This document shows positions 26,554 through 34,601 of a stretch of DNA of 64,000 nucleotides, piece by piece. Position 1 is the stretch's first letter, and each line of letters opens with the position of its first letter. Origin of the DNA: Pseudomonadales bacterium. Its GTDB lineage: Bacteria; Pseudomonadota; Gammaproteobacteria; Pseudomonadales; Azotimanducaceae. Under the pieces are notes generated by a model. That model was not told the DNA's origin and did not search any database. It saw only the letters and a program-made list of their open reading frames with translations. The DNA is taken from NCBI GenBank assembly GCA_036381275.1, contig DASVDC010000128.1:18667-82666 (forward strand), given 5' to 3'. The position numbers and the translations under genes are program-made.

Positions 26554-27195
26554 CTACCGCTCGGCAGGTGGAGGCGCGGCTTCCGGGTCGACCCCCGCAC
26601 CGAGGGCCGTCAACGCCGCGTGGTGTGCCTGGATCAGCTCCGCCTCGATCTCCGTCAACAGGCGGAACTGACCGAGGAAGTTGGTCGCGAAGGTACGCTG
26701 CACGTCGGGATCGTCCGCCCGCTGGCGCTGCGCCGACGCGGTGGCGAGCATCGTCAGATTCGCGTCCATCAGCGCGTAGCCGGCCCGCCGATAGACGTCG
26801 ATGGTGGCATACGTGCGCGACAGCTCGAGCAGCATCGGGTATTCGATCAGATTGGTGAGGCCCGTGCTGCCGAGCGCCCGCCAGGCGGCCTCCGACACCT
26901 GCACACCCGGTACGTATTGCACGTCGCCGTCCGCCGGCTCGTAATCCTGCTCGAGCCGCTGAACCATCGCGGAATTCGCGGCGTGCAGCCGCTGCAGCAG
27001 CGCCAGATTCTCCGTCAGCTCGTGACGTACGTTGCCGAGGGCGGCGGACAGACGCTCCCGGTCGTCCGCCGCCTGCTGCCACTCGGATACCGCGAGCGCC
27101 AGCAGCACGCCGAGCACGATGGCACCGATCTCCAGCGCGACGCGGGCGAGCGCGCGGGCGATCCAGCTCGGTCGTCGGGGGATCGAATCATTCAT
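26554..27195 (-). CDS. hypothetical N-terminally membrane-anchored protein
   Basis: Single TM (ALEIGAIVLGVLLALAV) followed by a helical soluble part. Start at ATG 27195 (alternative 27213). The track start at 27348 is a shadow extension. Confidence 0.5.
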   Translation of the reverse strand: MNDSIPRRPSWIARALARVALEIGAIVLGVLLALAVSEWQQAADDRERLSAALGNVRHELTENLALLQRLHAANSAMVQRLEQDYEPADGDVQYVPGVQVSEAAWRALGSTGLTNLIEYPMLLELSRTYATIDVYRRAGYALMDANLTMLATASAQRQRADDPDVQRTFATNFLGQFRLLTEIEAELIQAHHAALTALGAGVDPEAAPPPAER

Positions 27196-27236
27196 CGCGG
27201 CGGAGTGTACCATTCGCCCAAACGGAATCGACGCCG

Positions 27237-27617
27237 ATGAACTACGACGACGCCCGCGCCTACCTCGCCGGCAAGCCCGAAGCGGTGGAAGACTTTCCGT
27301 TCGGGCCCGACGTGCGCGTGTTCCGCATCCGCGGGCGCCTCTTTGCACTGCTGATGACGCGGCACGGCCAGGATCAGGTGAACCTCAAGTGCGATCCGGA
27401 AGAGGCCCTCGCGCTGCGCGACATCTTCGACGCGGTGCGGCCCGGTTACCACATGAACAAGGCGCACTGGAACACGGTGCTGCTCGACGGCTCGATTCCG
27501 CGCGGCGAAATCGAGCGGATGATGGATCGCTCGTACGCGCTGGTGGTGCGCTCGCTGCGCAAGGCGGATCGGATCGCGCTCGAGGTGCGGCACGGGCGGG
27601 ACGCCCTCTACCGTTGA
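27237..27617 (+). CDS. MmcQ/YjbR-family DNA-binding-like protein
   Basis: Pattern AYLAGKPEAVEDFPFGPDVRVFRIRGRLFALL...GYHMNKAHWNTV is typical of YjbR. 126 aa. Confidence 0.8.
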   Translation: MNYDDARAYLAGKPEAVEDFPFGPDVRVFRIRGRLFALLMTRHGQDQVNLKCDPEEALALRDIFDAVRPGYHMNKAHWNTVLLDGSIPRGEIERMMDRSYALVVRSLRKADRIALEVRHGRDALYR

Positions 27618-27657
27618 CGAGCCGCTCCACGCACGGCGTGAGCGCCCGCCGGGGACG

Positions 27658-28911
27658 TCAGGCTTGCGCCTCCACCTCGTCCTCGTCGACGAAATCGAGG
27701 TTCACGGTCGCCGGGCTGAGCAGCGTCCCGGTCACGTCCCGCGCGCGGCGCATCGCTCCTTCGCCGAAGCGCTCCGCGACGGCATCGAGCACGGCTTCGA
27801 GACGCCGCTGCCGGGCGCCGTCGTCGAACAGGCCGAGCTGCAGCGGCCGGCCGACGTGCTCGAGATCGAACGCCGCGAGCCCCACCAGCCGGAACGGACC
27901 CGGGTGCGGAAACTTGTCGAGCAGCTCGAGGGCGGCGGCGTACAGGTCACCGCCGGCATCCGTCGGCAGCACGTGCCGCTGCCGCGACAGCAGCTTGAAG
28001 TCGGTGGTCTTCAGCCGGATCCGCACGCCGTGCGCGAGGTATTGCTTGCGCCGCAGGCGCCGGCCGAGCCGATCGGCCGCGCGCGCGAGATGCCGGGCGA
28101 TCTCGCGGCGGTCGGCGATGTCGCGGGTCAGTGTGCGGTCGGAGCCCATGCTGCGCGCCACCCGGCGCCGCGCGACCGGCCGCGGATCCTCGCCGCGGGC
28201 CAGCGCGAGGAAATGAGCGCCGAGATTGCCGAGCGCGTCGAGCTGCTCCGGCGACGCGCGTGTGAGGTCACCGATGCGGTGGAAACCGGCGTCCTGCAGG
28301 CGCTTCTGCGTGACCGGTCCGGCGCCCCAGAGCCGCTCCACCGGCAGCGGGGCGAGCCACTCCGCGGCCCGACCCGGCGGCACGACCTGGATGCCGTTGG
28401 GCTTCGCGAGGCCGCTCGCCACCTTGGCGACGTACTTGGTGCCGGAGATGCCCACCGAGGCCGGAAGCCCCGTGGCGTCGCGAATCGCTTCCCGGAGCCG
28501 AACCGCCATCTTCTCCGGCGGCCCGAACAGGTGCTCGGCGCCGCTCATGTCGACGAACGCCTCGTCCAGGCTGATCGCTTCCACCTTCGGCGAGAAGTCC
28601 GCCAGCACCTGCATCAGCCGCCGGGAGACCGCTTCGTAGCGGTCGAAACGCGGCGGCACCACCACCGCGTGCGGGCAGCGTTCGAGCGCCCACGCCATCG
28701 GCATCGCGCTGCCGACCCCGAACGGGCGGGCTTCGTAGCTGGCGGTCAGCACCACGCCGCGGCCGCTGCGCGGGCCGACCAGCACGGGACGGCCGCGCAG
28801 CGCAGGGTCGTCGAGCTGCTCCACGGCGGCGTAGAACGCATCCATGTCGGCGTGGGCAATGATGGCGGGCCAGGTGCGCGGCAGCATGGCAGGGTCGGCC
28901 TGGACGGACAT
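27658..28911 (-). CDS. dinB: DNA polymerase IV
   Basis: Y-family motifs (IAHADMDAFYAAVE, LSLDEAFVD, SVGISGTKYVAKVAS). Confidence 0.9.
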   Translation of the reverse strand: MSVQADPAMLPRTWPAIIAHADMDAFYAAVEQLDDPALRGRPVLVGPRSGRGVVLTASYEARPFGVGSAMPMAWALERCPHAVVVPPRFDRYEAVSRRLMQVLADFSPKVEAISLDEAFVDMSGAEHLFGPPEKMAVRLREAIRDATGLPASVGISGTKYVAKVASGLAKPNGIQVVPPGRAAEWLAPLPVERLWGAGPVTQKRLQDAGFHRIGDLTRASPEQLDALGNLGAHFLALARGEDPRPVARRRVARSMGSDRTLTRDIADRREIARHLARAADRLGRRLRRKQYLAHGVRIRLKTTDFKLLSRQRHVLPTDAGGDLYAAALELLDKFPHPGPFRLVGLAAFDLEHVGRPLQLGLFDDGARQRRLEAVLDAVAERFGEGAMRRARDVTGTLLSPATVNLDFVDEDEVEAQA

Positions 28912-28917
28912 ACAGTA
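28900..28917 (-). promoter_or_regulatory. SOS (LexA) box-like site overlapping the dinB start codon
   Basis: The minus strand reads TACTGTATGTCCGTCCAG (CTGT-N8-CCAG). The left half-site is perfect. The right half has one mismatch to ACAG, the same CCAG variant I recall in the E. coli dinB box. Confidence 0.45.
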
Positions 28918-28945
28918 GACCGTCCGGCCGACCGCTGCAATGGCG

Positions 28946-29644
28946 TCAGGCGGCTTCGCCCGGGCCTCCGGTGATGCGGCGCATCACCCGGGCGGTGAGC
29001 GCATCGCAACGCGCGCCGGCGAACTCGTAGACGTGCGCGCCGGCGGCCTGGAGGTCGCGGCGACAACGCTCGCGCAGCAGGCGCTTCGCGCGGAAGTAGC
29101 GGGTCTTCACGGTCTTTTCGTTGAGGGCCAGCACCTCGGCGGTCTCGCGCACGCTCAGTCCCTCCACCGCGCGCAGCACGAAGACCACGCGAAAAGCCGG
29201 CGGCAGGCGGTCGATGGCGGCCTCGAGCATCGCGCCGAGGCGCGCGCTCGACAGTGCCTGCTCCGGACCTGGCGCCAGATCGCCATCCTCGTGTTGCATG
29301 CCTTCCATCACGGCTGTCTCGTAGGCTGCCTCGCGCCGCTGCTCGCGCAGCATCGCGTAAGCCTGATTGCGGACGATCACGTGCAGCCACGTGGCGAAGC
29401 CCTGGGGGCCGCGGAACGCCGCAAGATGAGTGAACGCGCTGACGTAGGCCTCCTGCACCACGTCGAGCGCCCGCTGATCGTCACCGACGATGCTGCGTGC
29501 GAGCCGGTACAGGCGCTGGTTGTAGCGCCGGATCAGCACCTCGAACGCCTGCACCTCGCCGGCCAGCACCCGCGCGACGACGCTGCCGTCGTCCCGCGGC
29601 TCGGGCACCGCCGGCGCCACGCGCTTCTCAGCCACCGATGCCAT
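28946..29644 (-). CDS. ECF-type RNA polymerase sigma-70 factor
   Basis: Region 2 (FEVLIRRYNQRLYRLARSIVGDDQRALDVVQEAYV) and region 4 (GLSVRETAEVLALNEKTVKTRYFRAKRLL), followed by a ~45-aa C-terminal tail. Confidence 0.85.
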   Translation of the reverse strand: MASVAEKRVAPAVPEPRDDGSVVARVLAGEVQAFEVLIRRYNQRLYRLARSIVGDDQRALDVVQEAYVSAFTHLAAFRGPQGFATWLHVIVRNQAYAMLREQRREAAYETAVMEGMQHEDGDLAPGPEQALSSARLGAMLEAAIDRLPPAFRVVFVLRAVEGLSVRETAEVLALNEKTVKTRYFRAKRLLRERCRRDLQAAGAHVYEFAGARCDALTARVMRRITGGPGEAA

Positions 29645-30035
29645 TGCAATACTCCCTGTTCGCGTGTTGCAGATACTCGATCACTGCGCGCCGATCCTCC
29701 GGATCGGCGATGCCGGCGAAGCCCATGGTGGTGCCCGGTACCCGATCGAGCGGCGCCGCGAGAAACCGGTCCAGGCTCTCCGCGTTCCAGACAATGCCCG
29801 AATCCGCCAGCGCCGGCGAGTACTGGTAGCCGGGGTCGGTGCCGGCGCGGCGGCCGATCAGCCCGCAATGCCGCGGGCCGGTGCGGTGCACGGTGAGCGA
29901 ATGACAACCGATGCAGCGCTGGTACACGTTCTCGCCGCGTACCAGCAGCTCATCGGCCGCATCCGCCGCCAAGGCACCGCCCGCGGCGCCGGCGAGCAGC
30001 CAGAGCAGCAGGCGGCCGATGCGGGCACCCTTCAT
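29628..30035 (-). CDS. c-type cytochrome (class I)
   Basis: Signal peptide, haem motif CIGCH and a downstream Met ligand region (PGTTMGF). It overlaps the sigma-factor start by 17 nt. Confidence 0.8.
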   Translation of the reverse strand: MKGARIGRLLLWLLAGAAGGALAADAADELLVRGENVYQRCIGCHSLTVHRTGPRHCGLIGRRAGTDPGYQYSPALADSGIVWNAESLDRFLAAPLDRVPGTTMGFAGIADPEDRRAVIEYLQHANREYCNGIGG

Positions 30036-30037
30036 CG

Positions 30038-30622
30038 CTACGAGAAGAACGCGCCGGGTACCGGATCGAGCCCGAGCACCTGGCGCAGCACCGCCCAGTG
30101 CATGGCCTCGTCGGCCAGGATGCTGGCGGCCGCGCCGGACAGCGTGCGGTCGGCGAAGAGCGGAATGGCACCCGCATAGGCGCTCACCGCGCCGCGCTCC
30201 AACCCCGCGGCGAACTCGAGCACGTCACGCTCGCTCTCGAGCTTGTCTACCGGAAACGCGTACTCGGCCTTCGGTTCGGCCGGCTGTCCGCCGAGCTTGC
30301 GCACGGCGCCCGCGAGCGCGTCGACGTGCTGCTTGTGATGCGACTGGAACGCGATCGCAGTGGGCGCCACCGCCTTCGTGAGCAGTCCGCTGTCGGCGCC
30401 GAGCTGATACGCCGCAACCGCCTCGTGCTCCGCGGCCACGGCGGTGTTCAGGATGCGGATGTCCTTCTGCACGTCCGCGTCGCCCACGTCCGCCAGCGCA
30501 GACGACAGGCCCAGACCCGAGACCACCGCGACCCCGGCGGCCGAGAGCGTCGTTCCGGCCGTGGTCTGCAGGAAGCGCCTCCGTGAATTCTGGAAGGCGG
30601 AATGAAACTGCTTGTGCCGCAT
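30038..30622 (-). CDS. Tat-signal ferritin-like domain protein
   Basis: Twin-arginine leader SRRRFLQTTAG. Di-iron-like helices (AAEHEAVAAY ... QSHHKQH ... ADEAMHWAVL). Start set at ATG 30622, because the track start at 30694 overlaps the LysR gene end. Confidence 0.7.
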   Translation of the reverse strand: MRHKQFHSAFQNSRRRFLQTTAGTTLSAAGVAVVSGLGLSSALADVGDADVQKDIRILNTAVAAEHEAVAAYQLGADSGLLTKAVAPTAIAFQSHHKQHVDALAGAVRKLGGQPAEPKAEYAFPVDKLESERDVLEFAAGLERGAVSAYAGAIPLFADRTLSGAAASILADEAMHWAVLRQVLGLDPVPGAFFS

Positions 30623-30683
30623 CGCATCGTCTCCTGTGGCGAAAGTTGCCCGAGAGATGGACGAGGCGGAGAAAAGGTTCCCG

Positions 30684-31553
30684 CTATCGCTCAACGCCTC
30701 TTCCGCCGAGCTGCTGCGCGGTGCTGCGGACCAGGTCGACGAGCTTCGCGGTCGGATCGTCCGGCTCGGTCGGATGGACGACGTAGGCCGGCAGCGTGAA
30801 GCCCGGCACGTCGCGGCGCCGGTGCAGCGCGCTGCGCGCGAGCGCGTCGCCGACCAGGCGCAACGGGAAATAGCCGGCGCCGCCGTGCGCCAATATGTGC
30901 TGCAGCCCGAGCCAGCCGACGTTCACGCTGAGCGCGGCGCCGGGGTAGTCCGGAAACGTGGCGCTGTGCCGAGCGGCGAACTCCGGCCCCCAGTCGACGT
31001 AGACGTAACCCTCCTCCGGCACCGTGGCCGCGTCCGGCACGGTAGATACGTACACGAGCGTTTCCTCGAACAGCGGCTCGACCACCAGGCCCGGGCGTTG
31101 ATGCGGCGCGTACATCACGCCGATGTCGAGGCGCCCCTCGAGCAGCCCCTGCATCAGCTCGTCTTCGAAGCCGATCTCACTGCGCAGCGCGACGTCCGGC
31201 GCTTCCTGCCGCACCCGCGGCAGCAGCGCGAGCAACAGGCTTTCCCACAGCCCGAGCCGGCCGCCGATGGTCACGCTGGCGGCAAAGCCCCGCGGCACCC
31301 CGATTTCCTGCCGGACCCGTTCCACCGTCCGCACCAGCGTGGTGGCGTGGGCCTGGAACCAGCGCCCCTGCGGCGTCAGCACCGCACCGCCCTTGTTGCG
31401 GACGAACAGCCGGCAGCCGAGCTGATCCTCCAGCGCGGCGATGCGCGTGCTGACGGTGGACTGGGTCACGAACAGCCGGGCCGCGGCGGCGCTGAAGTTT
31501 CCCGAGGCGACCACCGTGAGGAAGGTGCGGGCGAGCTCTGTGTCCATTTTCAT
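30684..31553 (-). CDS. LysR-family transcriptional regulator
   Basis: N-terminal wHTH (LARTFLTVVASGNFSAAAARLFVTQSTVSTRIAALE) and an LTTR substrate-binding domain. 289 aa. Confidence 0.9.
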   Translation of the reverse strand: MKMDTELARTFLTVVASGNFSAAAARLFVTQSTVSTRIAALEDQLGCRLFVRNKGGAVLTPQGRWFQAHATTLVRTVERVRQEIGVPRGFAASVTIGGRLGLWESLLLALLPRVRQEAPDVALRSEIGFEDELMQGLLEGRLDIGVMYAPHQRPGLVVEPLFEETLVYVSTVPDAATVPEEGYVYVDWGPEFAARHSATFPDYPGAALSVNVGWLGLQHILAHGGAGYFPLRLVGDALARSALHRRRDVPGFTLPAYVVHPTEPDDPTAKLVDLVRSTAQQLGGRGVER

Positions 31554-31585
31554 CGACCATGTCGATATAAACGGCCGAAATTTAT
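31552..31585. promoter_or_regulatory. candidate LTTR operator (two adjacent inverted repeats)
   Basis: ATCGAC-CAT-GTCGAT (31552..66, abutting the LysR ATG) and ATAAA-N9-TTTAT (31567..85, T-N11-A type) lie in the divergent intergenic region. Confidence 0.35.
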
Positions 31586-31653
31586 CGCTATCTAAATGGA
31601 AAAGCCAGGTTTAGCTTGAGAGTTGTCTGGACGACGCCCTCAGGAGGCTCGAA

Positions 31654-31770
31654 ATGTCCTTGCTGACCAACGACGAAGACCGTCACACCGTACACAACAT
31701 GGGAGTCCTGTTGCTCGTCCTCACGGGGATGGTGGGGCTCCTGACCCTGGCCGCCGCGGTACTCAGCTGA
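31654..31770 (+). CDS. small (38 aa) single-TM protein, not in the ORF track
   Basis: AGGAGG lies 6 nt upstream of the ATG. Product: MSLLTNDEDRHTVHNMGVLLLVLTGMVGLLTLAAAVLS. It is divergent from the LysR gene and upstream of the cytochrome c'-like gene. Confidence 0.4.
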   Translation: MSLLTNDEDRHTVHNMGVLLLVLTGMVGLLTLAAAVLS

Positions 31771-31846
31771 TCCCGTTGCGGCGCCGCATGACGCGGCGCT
31801 GTCGCGCCCTGTTATGCTCGGCCGGTACCCGCCGTGGAGCCGGACG

Positions 31847-32344
31847 ATGCGGTGGACCCGCAACCTTCTGCTGGTCGGATCGATGCTGCTGCCTTGCGGC
31901 CCGCTGCTCGACGCGGCGGAACCGGAGACCTCCTCTTCCGCTGAGCCGAACCTGAGCCCGGATGTGCGGGAGCTGCTTCGATCGGAGATGCGGGAGGTCG
32001 CGGCCGGGGTGCAGACCATCGCCGCGGCCCTGCCGATCGGCGGCTGGGAAAGCGTCCACGACACCGCCCGGCGGATCCACGACAGCTACATCATGAATCG
32101 GGCCCTCACCGATGCGCAGGCGCGGGAGCTCGAGCAGGCGTTGCCGGCGCAATTCGTGGCGCTCGATCAGGCACTGCATGCGCGTGCGCTGAAGCTTGCG
32201 GAAGCCGCGCACCAGCACGACGCCGAGCAGGCGGCGTTCCACTTCTCGCGAATGCTGGAGACGTGCGTCGCGTGTCACGCGCAGTTCGCGCACGGCCGGT
32301 TTCCGGGGCTCGAGGCGGTGGAGGCGGTGGAGCATCGTCACTGA
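31847..32344 (+). CDS. cytochrome c'-like (class II, C-terminal CxxCH) protein
   Basis: Signal peptide (RNLLLVGSMLLPCG), a four-helix-like sequence, and a single haem motif CVACH near the C-terminus. Confidence 0.65.
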   Translation: MRWTRNLLLVGSMLLPCGPLLDAAEPETSSSAEPNLSPDVRELLRSEMREVAAGVQTIAAALPIGGWESVHDTARRIHDSYIMNRALTDAQARELEQALPAQFVALDQALHARALKLAEAAHQHDAEQAAFHFSRMLETCVACHAQFAHGRFPGLEAVEAVEHRH

Positions 32345-32422
32345 AGGAGCGCTCGCACAACCGCTTCACTAACAAGATTACAAACGAATAGTCACATCCC
32401 AAGCTTGTTTCCGACGTCTTGT

Positions 32423-32442
32423 TACTGTATATTAATACAGTA
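32423..32442. promoter_or_regulatory. LexA (SOS) box upstream of the integrase gene
   Basis: TACTGTATATTAATACAGTA compared with the E. coli consensus TACTG(TA)5CAGTA. Both half-sites are perfect. The site lies 20 nt upstream of the integrase ATG, just 5' of the GGAGGA RBS. Confidence 0.7.
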
Positions 32443-32462
32443 TCCAAGCGGAGGATCGAAAG

Positions 32463-33683
32463 ATGGGCAGACGCCGCCGTCGCACCTTGCCGAAGTACCT
32501 CGAGCGACATCCCCTGAACGGTTGCTACTATTACAAGAACCCCTCGATGCCTCAGAAGGCGAACCTCGGCACGGTGGAAGCCGACGCCGTCGACGTCGCC
32601 AATCGGCTCAATACCCAGTTCGAGCGCGACCGGTCGAGGCGCGACGCCATCGCCCGAGCCAGTGAGCGACTCGACGGTGTGCGTTTCGAGCCAGCCTTCA
32701 CCGCGTTCGTCGAGAAATACATCCGGGACTATCGCCTCAAGTCCAGCACCGCCGCTCGCCTTCGGCAGCGCCGCGATCGACTCAACGCGCACTTGGGCAA
32801 CACCAGCCTGTCGCTGGTGGACACCCAGGCGCTGCGGGAGGTGATCGCCTCATCCAGCCAATTCGAGCAGACGAAGCTGCGGACGCTGCTGTCCCGATTC
32901 TTCCAGTACGCGATTTCGGTAGGCGCCTATCCCGGTTCTTTCGCGAATCCGGTCGACAACCTCTACGTCGACCCGAATCCTCCCAAGCGGCGAACGCGAA
33001 TGACCCTGGCGCAGTTTCGAGCGATCCACGACGCGGCCCCTGAATGGCTGCAGTGGTTGATGACGCTCGGTATCCATCTGGCGCTGCGACGCGTCGACCT
33101 GGTGAATCTACGCTTCGACGACATCGCCGGTGACCGGATCGTCAGTCCGATCCGCAAGACCGACAGCGACGCCCGCGGCAGCGAGTCGATCAGCGTCGAC
33201 TTTCCGATCCATCGCGACGTTCGTGCGGTATTGATCAAGGCTCGGCGCTCGAGCCTCGCGAACGGCCGCTGCCCATTCATCATCCACCGCACGCCGGACA
33301 GAAAGACCAAGCGCGCCGCGGACGCGATGCGGCTCGGGCGCATGGAACATCCGGCTCAGGTTCTTCCCGAGTATGCGAGCAAGGCCTTCGCGAAGGCTCG
33401 AGCCCTCGCAACCGAGAGGACGACCCACTTCGCCGGCCTCGAAGAGCGGGACATGCCTACGCTGCACGAGATCCGGGCGCTCTCGTCGTACCTGTACGCG
33501 GTGGCGGGTTACGACGTCGATGCGGTGCAAGACCTGATGGCCCACACCGATCCGGACATGACGCGGGCGTATCAGAAGGGGCATGCCCGCAAGGTCGTTC
33601 GGGTCGAGATGATACTGCCGTTCGGCATTCGCGACCCGGACCCGGAGATTCGGGAGGCCCGGGCGCGCTACGCCGTCGCCTAG
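32463..33683 (+). CDS. int: lambda-family tyrosine recombinase / phage integrase
   Basis: The arm-binding N-terminus MGRRRRRTLPKYLERHPLNGCYYYKNP parallels lambda Int. Catalytic signature R (LALRRVDL), HxxR (HEIRALS), H..Y (AHTDPDMTRAY). Confidence 0.9.
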   Translation: MGRRRRRTLPKYLERHPLNGCYYYKNPSMPQKANLGTVEADAVDVANRLNTQFERDRSRRDAIARASERLDGVRFEPAFTAFVEKYIRDYRLKSSTAARLRQRRDRLNAHLGNTSLSLVDTQALREVIASSSQFEQTKLRTLLSRFFQYAISVGAYPGSFANPVDNLYVDPNPPKRRTRMTLAQFRAIHDAAPEWLQWLMTLGIHLALRRVDLVNLRFDDIAGDRIVSPIRKTDSDARGSESISVDFPIHRDVRAVLIKARRSSLANGRCPFIIHRTPDRKTKRAADAMRLGRMEHPAQVLPEYASKAFAKARALATERTTHFAGLEERDMPTLHEIRALSSYLYAVAGYDVDAVQDLMAHTDPDMTRAYQKGHARKVVRVEMILPFGIRDPDPEIREARARYAVA

Positions 33684-33689
33684 AGAGTT

Positions 33690-33711
33690 TTCTCTAAGAA
33701 TTCTCTAAGAG
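33690..33711 (+). repeat. tandem 11-bp direct repeat (possible integrase arm-type sites)
   Basis: TTCTCTAAGAA-TTCTCTAAGAG lies between the integrase stop and the tRNA 3' end. It is preceded by the inverted TAGAGA-gttt-TCTCTA. Confidence 0.5.
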
Positions 33712-33754
33712 CACGACCCAGATGCGTCTTAAGCTATTGAAAATAAAGGGGATT

Positions 33755-33830
<76 letters not shown>

Positions 33831-34016
33831 GTGGGGAGCGTATTGTGCCCAATGCGGTAGGAAATACAAGCGCCTGCCGCCCCTTCGAAGACCGCTCCGC
33901 TGGCGGCGCCGGATAGCCCGCACGGAGTCCTGTCCGACCGCCCTCGCCGCCCGATTGCTCCCGCCGCCCGCGCGGTCTAGTTTGATCGTCCACACCCGGG
34001 AGCGAGGGGCACGACC

Positions 34017-34436
34017 ATGGATGCTTTCGCGAGCGCGAAGGGGTTCTTTCAGGCCTGTGAGGCGCCCGAAGGTTGGTCAGGGTGCCGGCAGTACGTCGCT
34101 GACGGCGCCACCTTCAGTGCGCAGGCGGATCCGTTAACGGACGTGCGCACGGTGGAAGCGTACTGCGAGTGGATGAAACAGTTCGGCACCGTCATCGCTC
34201 CGGGGGCCACCTACGATCTGCACAGCGCGAGCTTCGACGAGCGAACCCGCACGGCCGTGTTCTTCGCGACCTTCCACGCGAAGCACTCCGGTGAGGGAGG
34301 ACCGATGCCGCCCACCGGCCGCGAAACCCACACCGACTACGTGTACGTTCTGCAGATGAACGACGCCGGCCAGGTCGCGCAGATGACGAAGATCTGGAAC
34401 GCCAATTGGGCGATGCGGGAGCTCGGCTGGCTCTGA
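34017..34436 (+). CDS. SnoaL-like / NTF2-fold (ester-cyclase-like) protein
   Basis: 139 aa, assigned on size and pattern (…AVFFATFHAKHSGEGGPMPPTGRETHTDYVYVLQMNDAGQVAQMTKIWN). The assignment is tentative. Confidence 0.6.
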   Translation: MDAFASAKGFFQACEAPEGWSGCRQYVADGATFSAQADPLTDVRTVEAYCEWMKQFGTVIAPGATYDLHSASFDERTRTAVFFATFHAKHSGEGGPMPPTGRETHTDYVYVLQMNDAGQVAQMTKIWNANWAMRELGWL

Positions 34437-34601
34437 TCCGGCACGCGCCGCTGCGCTGATCCCCTGCGCGAGGTCACGACCCGAGCGGGCCCGACGCGTC
34501 CGTGCGGCGCCCGCGGCTCGGCACGCCCCCGACCTGCTACAATCGCCGCCGGTCGCGCGCGCGGCCAACCGGAGCCGATCGCCACGGGAGGGGGAGTCGT
34601 C

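Larger units (their letters stand above)
32345..33754 (+). mobile_element. tRNA-Gly-associated integrase module (remnant or proximal end of an integrative element)
   Basis: The integrase directly abuts the 3' end of tRNA-Gly. Lower-GC flanks lie at 32345..32462 and 33684..33754. The distal boundary could not be identified. Confidence 0.4.

Noticed and set aside
32345-32422. attR-type repeat of the tRNA-Gly 3' end at the left edge of the integrase module
   Set aside because: Only GGAGCG (6 nt) is shared with the tRNA 3' end. That is too short to distinguish from chance in GC-rich DNA.
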